A DNA stretch of 64,000 bases from Phoronis australis. Its lineage: Eukaryota; Animalia; Phoronida. Made by a program: the position numbers and the translations under genes. The stretch covers positions 481,085 to 545,084 of the forward strand of contig NMRA01000297.1 of the NCBI GenBank assembly GCA_002633005.1. The letters are read 5' to 3'. The notes under the pieces are model-generated. The model had not been told where the DNA came from. It saw only the letters and a list, made by a program, of their open reading frames with translations, and ran no database searches. Shown here piece after piece: positions 27,901 to 40,200 of this stretch. Position 1 is the stretch's first letter, and every line of letters starts with the position of its first letter.

Positions 27901-30900
27901 CACCAAAGAGTTATCTGACTGTCAGACGATTGTCTGTGGGGGTTTGTTTAAAAGGTAGCTATGCTTTGAAGTTGTGCGTAGATGGAGAGTGAATAATCAA
28001 ATCCAGTAATTAATTTATTATATGATAACCCCTAATTAGACAAATGAAACCTATTGTTAATTAAGTAATCAACTACAAAGAGAAACTACGCTAGCGCCCT
28101 CTTTAAAGATTACTTTAATCAAACAACCAAACGATCAAATATCTTATCTGCTATCCAAGCTAGGACTCTCCACTTGNNNNNNNNNNNNNNNNNNNNNNNN
28201 NNNNNNNNNNNNNNNNNNNNNNNNNNNNNNNNNNNNNNNNNNNNNNNNNNNNNNNNNNNNNNNNNNNNNNNNNNNNNNNNNNNNNNNNNNNNNNNNNNNN
28301 NNNNNNNNNNNNNNNNNNNNNNNNNNNNNNNNNNNNNNNNNNNNNNNNNNNNNNNNNNNNNNNNNNNNNNNNNNNNNNNNNNNNNNNNNNNNNNNNNNNN
28401 NNNNNNNNNNNNNNNNNNNNNNNNNNNNNNNNNNNNNNNNNNNNNNNNNNNNNNNNNNNNNNNNNNNNNNNNNNNNNNNNNNNNNNNNNNNNNNNNNNNN
28501 NNNNNNNNNNNNNNNNNNNNNNNNNNNNNNNNNNNNNNNNNNNNNNNNNNNNNNNNNNNNNNNNNNNNNNNNNNNNNNNNNNNNNNNNNNNNNNNNNNNN
28601 NNNNNNNNNNNNNNNNNNNNNNNNNNNNNNNNNNNNNNNNNNNNNNNNNNNNNNNNNNNNNNNNNNNNNNNNNNNNNNNNNNNNNNNNNNNNNNNNNNNN
28701 NNNNNNNNNNNNNNNNNNNNNNNNNNNNNNNNNNNNNNNNNNNNNNNNNNNNNNNNNNNNNNNNNNNNNNNNNNNNNNNNNNNNNNNNNNNNNNNNNNNN
28801 NNNNNNNNNNNNNNNNNNNNNNNNNNNNNNNNNNNNNNNNNNNNNNNNNNNNNNNCGGCGATCGTCACGGTAGTGTTACGGATTAGGTATTATGCTAAAT
28901 GCAGGGTTACGTTTCTTGTAAATTGTTGACTAAAATGCTTTCTACACGAACCAGGTCATCTGCTTGTACAGTGTTGTTGACCAGTTGACGATATATTCGA
29001 CAATGGTAACTCATCGCATTTTGCTGTCGTGTGCACTGATTAGTCACATCTGGTTTAATTCTGTGATCAAAAGTATTAACATTAAGCATATAGCCTATGT
29101 CCTGGTGAGCTAGGGACTACCGGGACTGACAAGTGATTTGTCATTCATCTGAAAGAATAACTGATGTTAATAAATATATTTTTATTAAAATAAAAAACAG
29201 GCTCGTAATTGAAAATAAAACTTATTTGACCATTTTTTTTAAATTTTGAAAAAATATAAAAAACGAGGACAGCCTCAGAAATCGCTTTTGCATTATATCC
29301 AGGTTCTCATTCACTCCCTTGCACACATTCACAAGTAATTATTTGACCATCAATTCTGTTTTCTTGGTTTTAATAATTCTTATAAACGTCTATTTCATGT
29401 GTTAGGTTTCAAATATTAATCTGGACGAAGTCGAATTTTAAAATTAAAACACATAACGCGTTCATCCAAAGCATTACCTTGTTTTTGAGCTCAATTTCAG
29501 TTAACTGCACAGACACAGCAAACGTTTTTTCAGGGCGGCCTCGTTCATCCGGGGAAAGGTGCTTGTGTGCCTTCGTGAGAGGGGTTATTTTTTCGCCTAG
29601 TGAGGGAAAAATCTACCTCCCAATCATCATTAATAGTACACCCGCCCTGTGCTCTTTCAAATTGTCACCTGTTTGGAAACAAAACTTCGGAGAGAACTTT
29701 TCAATCACAAGGGAATTTTTAGGGCCTCGTGGGGGGAATTTCGGGGGATTTTTAATATTTTTGAGAGGGAAATAGGGCTGATATTCGGCCCCAAAATCGA
29801 GGGATTGGGGGCCCTGTCTTTTTTCGAAAGAAACACGCATCATCTTTCAACCCGTAGTCATGAAAACACAGCCTGGCTGACAGAAGATTCTCCGGTCGTT
29901 GCTATGACGCTCGGCAACCGAGATGCGACAAAATATGATCTAACTTTTCCAAAGCTTTTACAAATTTTACAAGGACATATTTTACTTCGTCGCGCGTATG
30001 ACAGCGACCCAACGCTTCCGATTGTCAACGTCCTCAGGGATTGTGAAACAGAAAGTTGAGTGTCCGTATTTTTTCTAGCCGTTAGAGCAACGCGGAATGC
30101 AACCAGTAAGCCAACGGAGATATCGTAGCCAGCCTCGTTTTGGAACGCGACTCCTGTCGGCGTGAATTAGGTCAATATTGCTCAGAATTAACATAATTTC
30201 TCACATGACCTGGAATGTGATACGGCACGACTGGTTAATAGCAAAGAGTACGTAATTTTTTGATACTATATAGGCGAATCACAGATAGTGGAAAGTAGAA
30301 ACTCATACGTTTTACATTTTATCGTCTGCAAAACTCTAAAACAACCAAACAATGTCGGAATTCCGAGAAGGTAACAAGATTATGATTGAAAAATCGGGTA
30401 TCGGAAGGACATGCAAACAACTTTTTAAAGTCACCCATCTTCGGCGGCAAATTCTATATCCACATTCATTTAAACGGCGACGAGCCCCAACTTGAGAAAC
30501 GCGGGAGACAGTCTAGATATGCTGTCTCAAGGTCAATTCAGTGCTCACGCGCAGGGAAGCCTAGCAGACTGTTATTTATCAACATTTTTTAAAGTTTTGA
30601 TATTACAACTTCAAAGACTATTTATTAGATTCTAACTTGAATATTTGCTACGAAAGATGAATGCAATTTACAATTGTTAAGCTTAAAATAAAACTATTAA
30701 CAATTAATTTACATTGCGTAAGCGTGTTTTTACAAACAATGCATCATGTGGTTGAAAGTTTTAGACACGTCGAGTTTTTCGGCAAAAAAGATCGCTTTAA
30801 CGATTCATGTGAGAAAACAAATCATACACTCGTCTCAGATTGATGATATGGGCAAAACCTCTTGGAAATTTCGTCAAAATCCCGCGGCAAGCCTCGGGAT

Positions 30901-33900
30901 TTTGACAAAATTTCCAAGAGGTTTGCCCATGTTCTAAACTTGAGACTCGTCGATGAATGAGGGAATTCCCGCCTTTCGCTCTTTAAGAATGCTAGAGTAA
31001 ACGGGGGGTTGGGGGGGTGGGGTAAGTGGAGTCCTCTGTCCCGGTTCAGGAGAGGGAGCTGACTGTTGATGTTTATGGTCTCTTTGAGCTTACGAGTATG
31101 CCAATTTTGTTCCTTGGCTAGGATCCTGGATGACGCAAAAGAGATGGTGTGCCCAGTCACCAAAATATGTTCCCCACAGCTGTTGGTCTGTCTAGTTTCA
31201 GATGTTCTTTGAATTTGGTAAGGAACGGAATCTTGGTTTCTCCAATGTAGTTGTGGATGGGATCCTGGTCACATTTCAGCTGGTATATGACCCCACATTG
31301 CTTAGCCAACGGGGTTGGGTCTTTGGGTCTGAATAGTAGGGAACGGAGGGTGCTGATAGGTTTCATGTAAGAGGAAATTCCGTGGGTTCTGTAGGTGTGT
31401 TGTAGGCGTTCAGATATTCCTCTTATGTATGGGATGGCAACGAAGGGACCATCGAGTTTTTCAGTAGATTTACGACTAGGGGGGTCAGTAAACATATCCA
31501 ATCCTGGTATCCAGTAGCTCGCAAAGCATCTTCAAAGTGGTCCATTTCTTCGACATAGTCACGGTAGTCAGTGATGTAACGATCAGCTCTATCCAGGAGG
31601 GTACAGGTAACAGAATGTTTGTGCTTTAAAGTGTACACAACAAGACTCTAGTACCTCAAAATAAATTTTATTATTATATCTTACTTGATTTCAGTGCCTT
31701 TAGTGCACAGCTCATAAAGAAACACGTAAAAATTGAAAAAATAATAATTATGTACAACGTCATGGGTTGAACCCTAGTCGTTCGGATCAGAGACAATTAA
31801 GAGTGAAGTGAAATCAAAGTACATTTAGCGCCGAGAAGGTTCGTAGAGGGATCAAAAGATGTGTTTTCGGAGGCTGCAGCAACAGCAGCCAGGCGGAGAA
31901 TGTCTCGGTGTTCCGAAGGACACCAAAGTTGCGCAGAAGTGACATAGCTTCGTGCGCCGAACGAGAGTGTGGGACCTCATCGTGGACCAAGCGATTCTGT
32001 CCGGGGCCATTCTGTGTTCTGCCCACTTTGAGGACTCGTGTTTCGACTCCAGTCACAGGAGATGTTACGATGAAGGCCTGGTTCAATAAAGGACAATATT
32101 TATCATTCAGAAACACCGGTTCTTACTTCAGGATCGTCTGTTGGATGACTGGGTTGACTCGCCGAGCCCGAGGCCGCTTCTCTCACGGGAGGATTCAGTT
32201 CGTAAGGTTCAAAGTAGAAAATTACGCAGCCGGAAGCACATCAAACTTGTTCTCGCTTTCGTGCAACCCCATTTCCTCATCCTGGCCACCATTCCCGTAC
32301 GTTTCTTCATAGTATTCATTCAATTCTTGCTCATAATCGTCGTCGCTTTCAAATTCACTGATCTCCGCCATTGTTCAATGCTAGTCACTGATCTCTTGTG
32401 TTCAACCCGTGACGTCACATGGCGGAAAATGTGAAAATTGGTAAAATTGAAAGAAAAATCAAAATTTCGAGCTAATTACACAAAATAAACATGGGTTTAC
32501 CTAGATTTTACGTCATACATTTAGTCTGTGGCCACCGGTAATTCAAAACGCGCAAAAATCCATGGTGTGTACTGTTTAAGGGGTGGTTGGAAGAAAACTG
32601 GAGGTATTGGTCCGTATGTGTCGGTTTCTTGTAGATCTTGATTTTGATGGAGCCATTATCGACCACGTGTATGCATAGATCCAAGAACGGTAAGGTTCTG
32701 TTGATTTCAGTCTCGATGGTGAATTGAATGCAGTTGTCAATACTGTTGATGTGAAGGTGGAGATTTCATTTTTCGGGAGAATGACCAAAGTGACCCCCCC
32801 TAGTCTTTCTTTTCTCGACTGTCCCCGCCCCATGCGTATGTCGGTTGCCACGGTTTAGCCCTGACGCTCCCGCTTCCTACGGCCCTGAATAAGTTCTCGT
32901 GTTCTTAGTACTCTAAATAAACTTGTTTTTGTTTGCATACTCCTCAGTTAATTGTATTAAATGAAAGTAGTTTGGTTGGGAAATAACTATTTTAAGACAC
33001 CTATTCCTCTTTGGTGAGAACCTGATATAAGTATGTCTATTGCGCGTTAGTACATGCATGTGCGCACTTTGTGGTCAATCAGTATGTGATGATTGGTTTA
33101 CGCTAACGCGCCTATCATTCCGCTGTACATGTATAGTAAGTTAGGGGATTATCTTACAGAGATCTGCAGTGCTGGACAGTACCACACAAAACATGCTCAG
33201 TACAGACACGGCAAAGAATGCCTCATGTGTGACTCAGGACATTTTCAGCCATATCAGGGGCAAGAACAGTGTATACCGTGTAATCCTGGTCACTTCCAAT
33301 CACAAAAGGGTCAGACGTCTTGCCACCAGTGTATGAATGGCACACACCAGCCGGAACAAGGGCAGTCTAATTGTACCCTGTGTGAAAGTGGCCATTATCA
33401 ACATCAAACCGGCCAGGCAACATGTTCTCCATGTGATGCTGGGCATTATCAGCCAGAACAAGGGCAAACCTCTTGCTTGCAATGTGCACCAGGTTACTAC
33501 CAGGGGGAAAGAGGACAACCTATGTGTCTACAGTGCAGTGCAGGGTATCATCAAATGCAGTATGGCAAAACACAATGCTTTCCATGTAACCAAGGTTTCC
33601 ATCAACCTGCTTCTGGCCAGGTCACGTGTCAACCGTGTGAAGTAGGCCAATATCAAGCTGAAGTTGGTCAAACCACGTGTCGTCCATGCGATCTTGGATT
33701 CTACCAATCAGCTCAAGGGCAATCCGCATGTATACTGTGTCCCGCTGGAACAACGACTGAGGGCATTGGTTCCAAAAATGAATCTGCGTGTGGTAAGATG
33801 TTAATTTGTCTCTAACTCCCCTAAACGCTAGATCTGAAACTGTGGAATTTACTCATTGCACACTTCCTTTCACTGCGTCTCTTGTCAGACAACTTTTGAC

Positions 33901-34221
33901 AGGTTAATAGCAGTTTTTTGACAATTTCATATTGTGTCTGGATAGCAGGATAGAATCTATGTTTCCATTAGACCCTTTGTTTCCTGTAAAATTCGTATTT
34001 AGCTTTATTTATCAGCTGTTGACAAAACGGTTGTAATTTAAATCTTGTTCATTTTTTTCCACTTCCAAAATTGATGTTCACCTGATGCCACTTGAATTGA
34101 TGCTGTAACAAGAAGATATTCTTGCTTATTTATTCCGTCTCGGCATATAATATATTTATTATTATACATTCCGCCCCGGCCGGCATATAATATATTGATT
34201 CTTATACATTCTGCAGTGGCG

Positions 34222-34269
<48 letters not shown>

Positions 34270-37200
34270 CATGGCGAAGTCGTTATCCCCCGTTATCTAG
34301 AGCCCGGGTGGGGGGCCTTAGCCCCTAGGGTGATAATTCTCCAAAATCCACGAGGGTCTAGATAAGGGGGATAACGACTGAGATCATGTAATAATCTATT
34401 TATACCACACAGTGAACGAGAAACATTGCAATGAATCGATCTACCTTTCTCGACATGTACGTTGATTCTTGTGCATTCCGCCACACCATATAATATATTG
34501 ATCCTTGCACATTCCACCACGCGTATATTATATCAACTCTCACACCGTGACATTCCGCCACGCCATATATGTTGATTCTTATCCGCGCAATCCACGCCAT
34601 ATAATGTACCGGTACATTCTTATACGTTCCTCCACGTCATATAATACGTCGATTCTTATACGTTCCTCCACCCAATATAATATGTCATTTCTTATACGTT
34701 CCACCATGCCATAGAATGAGTTGATTTTATACGTTCTGCCACCCCCATATAATACGTTGATTCTTATACGTTCTGCCACGGCATATAATGTACTCATTCT
34801 TATACCTTGGTATTTTTTTCTGCAGTTCGTGAACCCAAGGTAGAATTAAACTCGACGACGGAAAGCATTTCAACACAGTCAAGATCGAATACACAGATGT
34901 CTGACTCTCTTTCGACACTAGCAAACCACGTAACCTCAAATTTTCAGAAGATGACAACAGTTATTTCCACACAGTCAGCTGACACGGCATCGAACGTTCA
35001 TGATCAGATTACGTCAAAAGCCCTTTCAACAAATGGCATGACACCGAATTTGCAAACTCAGACGTCTGTAGTTCATTTAACGCATGCAAACGACGCGACA
35101 CCAAATTTGCATAGTGCTACAGAAACTTACTTAATACAGGCAACCGACGTGTCACCGACTGAAATCTCTGTAACCCCAGCAACCGGTGTGACACCAAGTT
35201 CATACAATGCGACTGAAAAGACTGTAAACCGAGCAACCGATATGTCTACGAATTTACGCAATACGACTGAAACCACTATAACCCAGGCAGCTGGTATGAC
35301 GTCGAGTTTGCAGGGCACTGGCGAGTCTGCGTCGTCTGCTTCAAACTTAGTCACGTCCGAGCAGACATCGACGGGAAAAACAACACTAAAATCCGAAGTG
35401 GAAGTGATGAGTCATACACAAGGTCCTCTCATTGCTAGCGCAGTTGCTAATGGGATATTTCTTGTTATTGTGCTGGTTGTGATCATACTGGTGGTCGTAA
35501 AACGGTGAGTTTATAGTCAAACTAGATCTTTAAATCGACTTTGCAATTAATTAGACAACTTGTTTACTGCTTTTACCCAACGTCAAACATGTAAATAAAC
35601 AAAAGACATCGCAAAAGGTGCACTCAGAAAGCAACATTATGACTTCAAATAGCTTTGAACAGTCTCATTCCGGAACTCACTTAACAAGGGTTGATCAACT
35701 AAGATGATGGTGCACAGTTTGCTAATAATAATAAAAATGTAGAACTTGAAATAACCGAATTCTCAGACATCAAATACTGCTCGAAATCAAACGGGACGTG
35801 GAAACGTAAATAGATTATCTGAGACACTGCCTCCTCGTAATGCCGGCGGTCCGTTGTAAAGGTACCTTAACTTGCGAGCGAACGAGCTCATGCCCTCAGC
35901 AGAATTTCAACAGTCAAAATCGGCTGTCATTGACTTGTGTGTTATTCATAACCAAACTGTGGACTGGTATAATGCCAAAATGCATGCCCATGCATGCGCG
36001 CACCCAGCTTTCAATATGGGGGGGGGTTGAATTCCTGACCTTGTGGACCTTTTGGTAACAAAAAACGGGCGCACTAAAAAAAACGGATGCACCACTATGA
36101 ATTGCGCGTTTGCGCATGTTTTATGAACTTATGCCTCGTTTTAATTCTCGGACTTTTTGTCTCTCAAAGGCGGACTTTTTGTCCACTTCGCCAAATGATG
36201 GGGTTCGTTGGAACCCCCCTCCCCCCGGGTGCGCGCATGCCATGATACCGGTTTGAAACAAAACACGCTGGACCAGGCCGGCGAAAACCTATTTTAGGAA
36301 AGCGAGTGACTCGGTCATGAACCGTGATGTAGGTCATTGCCAGCTCTTACTTACATTTTATGACTTCGTATTATTTAGCCCAAGGCTGTAGTCCGGAGCC
36401 AGGGGGCTGAACCTGGATTTGACGGATAAAGTTTTTTGCTGCTTCAAGTAGCTTAGGGTTAAGTAACAGTGATTTATGGGGGTGACCGTTCGCAACCCTT
36501 GAGCATTTTTAAATATGCAAATTAAGGTCGCCATTATGCAAAATTCTATTTTTGCTCATAATTTCCTTACCAAGCACTCCAGGCAGATTATTTTCAAATT
36601 TTCAAACATGTTTCCATGGTCAACAATAGGGAAAGTTTTTAGGTGGATGCATCGTCGATTTGTATAATTTATGCAAATTAAAATTCGCTATTATTAAAAA
36701 TTCTTGTGCTTGTAACTACCGTACCAGGCACCATTGATGAACTGTCATGATATATGCACCTATATTCTTATGGTCAGTTAGTTTAATTAAATCAGTTTGC
36801 ATGCTGTTGCATGATAAATTTGCTTAATTAATTCAAGTTTTCATAATTAATGCAAATTAAGGCCGCCATTATTCAAAATTCTACTTGTGCTTATAGCTGC
36901 GATACAGACACCACGGGTAAGCTATCATGTTTGAACCTAATTTCCTATGGTCAATTAGGCTAATGAAGTCAGTTTACAAGTTGCATGATAAATTTGCATA
37001 ATTGATGCAAATAAAGGCGGCCTTTATTACAAATTCTGTTTCTTCTTGTAGCTTACTTACGGGAGAAGGGTGCACTAGATTATTTTGGTATTTGTACTGA
37101 TCAATTTAATGTAATCTGTCACTACATCATGAATATAAATAATCTGTAATTTTTTTACACACATTACATATTCTAGTTTTGTCTGATATCCGTGGTAGAC

Positions 37201-40200
37201 CTAGTGGATGACCAAATTGTTTTATTGCATAAACCCAGGACAGTAACCTATAATCACAAAATGTTTTAAATGCTAATTCAACACTCAGAACGTGAGCACA
37301 CTACAGAATAACACAACCAAACTGTTAGTCAATTGACCTATCGCCAGGATTATGACGGACGGCTTAATTGACCAATCAGAACAAAGCATTCTTGGCACAA
37401 CTTCGTCTGCGTTTCCAAGCCGCCATTATACCCGACAAACCACACGTAGTCGAGTAAAACTTACTTTAGTCTGTAGCTCAAGAAATTGTCCGCTAAGAAT
37501 GGGGAAACGGTGTTGATATGGCGTGTGTAGCACCGACAGCCGTTATGCTGCTCCAGAATAATATCCCGTCATTTTTTGGCATGTCCTAAGCCGAGAAATG
37601 GTGTTGAAAAGCGTAAACTATGGATCAAACTTGTACGACCACACGAGCAGCTAAACTTAACGATGTTGCTTGATAAACACAAATATATTAGTTCCAAGAT
37701 ACGCACTTTTTAGCTTGGTGGCTATGGTGAAGGGCTATCTCAGATTGTGACTTCCAAGTTTCCTACGTCTGGCCGCCTTTGTCTCGACACCTGCTGGATC
37801 TCAACATTCTAGCGGTATAGTCCCCGGAAATTGTAGTTTTCAAGGACATTTTTATTTTATGTTTTTTATTTATTTCAACCTAACAGAGGTACATTTTTGT
37901 TATTCATAAACCCGTAGGCTGACGTTCAACTGAACTTCTCTCCCGGTCAAAAATCAGAGATTCGATCTGAACAGGGAGGGGCACTGGATTACTGCCGGTA
38001 ACTCAAAGCCTTGGTCGAGCTGTTGTCACTGAACATAAACTGTTGAATTACTTTTTGACGTGTACCTCTAGTATACACTATGTCTGTAGAGTTAGACAGA
38101 GCTCATTTTGAAGTTGTTCAAACATGATATTTAGATTTATAAAGCTTTAAAAAAGAATTTGAGTTATTTTTGTAGATACCCTATATTTTGCAACTACCAC
38201 ACCAGACTTGTAATCTTTTGTAACCATACCACGACTTAGTAATTATGCTACCTTCAAAATTAAATGAAAGCTACCTTTATGGAATGAAACTACAAAAAAT
38301 GCCAAGTTCGAAAGAAGGTAGGCCTAATTTAAATGTCTTAATGGTGCAAACTGTCAATTCCATAGGCGGATTTAGGGGGGCAGGGCCCCAGCTCCCCGCA
38401 AGCAAAATGAAACAGTAAGAGCGTGAAGCGTGAAGAAATATTGAGTTGAGTAACTAGGACCGGTAGACTCAGACCCCAGATCGCGGCGGAATCGTGTTCC
38501 TGTTTTTTTTTTAGTCCACCGATAGATTTTCTGAACAGAAGGTCCAAAGGGGTCTGCATCCCAGGCCCCTGCAACTTTCGGGCCGCCTGTGTACATACAA
38601 TTGCACTTTGCCCAATTCCACGACGCAACATGTTGGACCCCCCTTGTGGTATCCTAGATCCGCCACTGAGTTCCAGACATTAACTTAACTGACTTAGACA
38701 CAGCCCTAGACCTACCCCGCCGGAGTTTACTGTTTGCCTAGAACGAGATGAACGTGTACATGAGCTATGAACCTGAATTTTTTTATCAAAATATTTCGTT
38801 ACAAGATTAGAAAAGCGTAAACAGTGCTGTCGAGTCAACCTAGTCAGAGACTATAGTGCATGTGTTGTCTGTAATCTATGACCTACTTTACTCCAGGAGT
38901 CCCACCAGTTGTGACCTACTTTTTATTTGGCGAAATTTAGCAGACGACAGAATAAAAATATCGGTGAATCTTCACTGATTTTATTCGAAAGATCATGAAA
39001 TCTATGGAATCGTACAGATAATTCGACTTTAAGGTACATACCCTGCTTTACATGAACATACATTTATCGTATCAGTGGCCTTGTCATTTGTCAGGTGAAG
39101 GTGGCCCCGAGACAGAGGGTTTCTTCGGATTTTCGCTGGCTCCTCGAGCCATTTTTTCATCGTCACCTTTACAAATTCCCATATCATGAACGTACGATTC
39201 TCTGTTGAAAAGCATCGCCTCTTGTCTCTGTCGAAGCGTTTTCAAATAGTGCAAAAACACTCATCGATTCCACCAGGAACGTCGTTTACCGACCGTGTAT
39301 TTGCCACTGACATCTCGTTCGAATGTCGGGTATCACGTGACTTTTCGCATAGGGGCGGAGCTTGCGATAGGTCAATTGGCGCTGCAAATGTATCTACTTG
39401 AATTACATGGAATCTGATGTTTGCAGCCACACCTACCGTAATCATCTCTAGTTATGCAATAGGTGCGAGTTGGATACCATCCGGAATTGTAGATGGTGAG
39501 AGCGATTTGTTTATAGCATCTTTCGTCCATGCATAGTCTTCTGGATCTAGTGCAGGTTACATTCCACCACATGACTGACTAGTGATGAGCTCTGTTTACA
39601 TTCTATGTGAATGCCACTGATTGTGGGCGGAAGTATTTCCTTTGCCGTTTTTCTTCCCCATACTAATAGTCTGGTTCCTGACATCTTCCTGGTTCGCTTC
39701 ATTCCATAACAGGCACCAATACATTTGGTGGCCTGCTTTATGACATCGGAAAAATGCGCATTAATATTGCCAGTGGCTGATAGCCTTCAATATTTTAACG
39801 ATGGGTCCCTTTCCAACTCCATAGTAGCATAGCACCGCGTTACACCCCTACAGTGCATGGGCAGGGAGGAGACCTTCGCAATATCACTACATGTTTCCAC
39901 AGTCAACTCAAAAGTTGCGAGGGACGTGTCCAATTATGGCCTGGCCTTTCAGAACAGACGCAGCGTACTCGTAAAAGGGATTGTATTGTATCTTTCCCGT
40001 ACAGATCTCCCTCAACAGGAATTCAAATTTCTTTCCACACGTATAAACCGCGAATCGAAGACTAAACTTCGGCCTTTGTTCAGTTAAAAGCACGTGGCCA
40101 GGAAGCGCGCGCTACATTCAAGCATCTGTTATCGACGATTGGTCTTTGAGAACTATCTGTTCATGAAACGGGTAGCATAGCATCGGCATGAAATAAATTC

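Noticed and set aside
28119-28929. ORFs of about 250 aa
   Set aside because: They consist of N-gap X residues.
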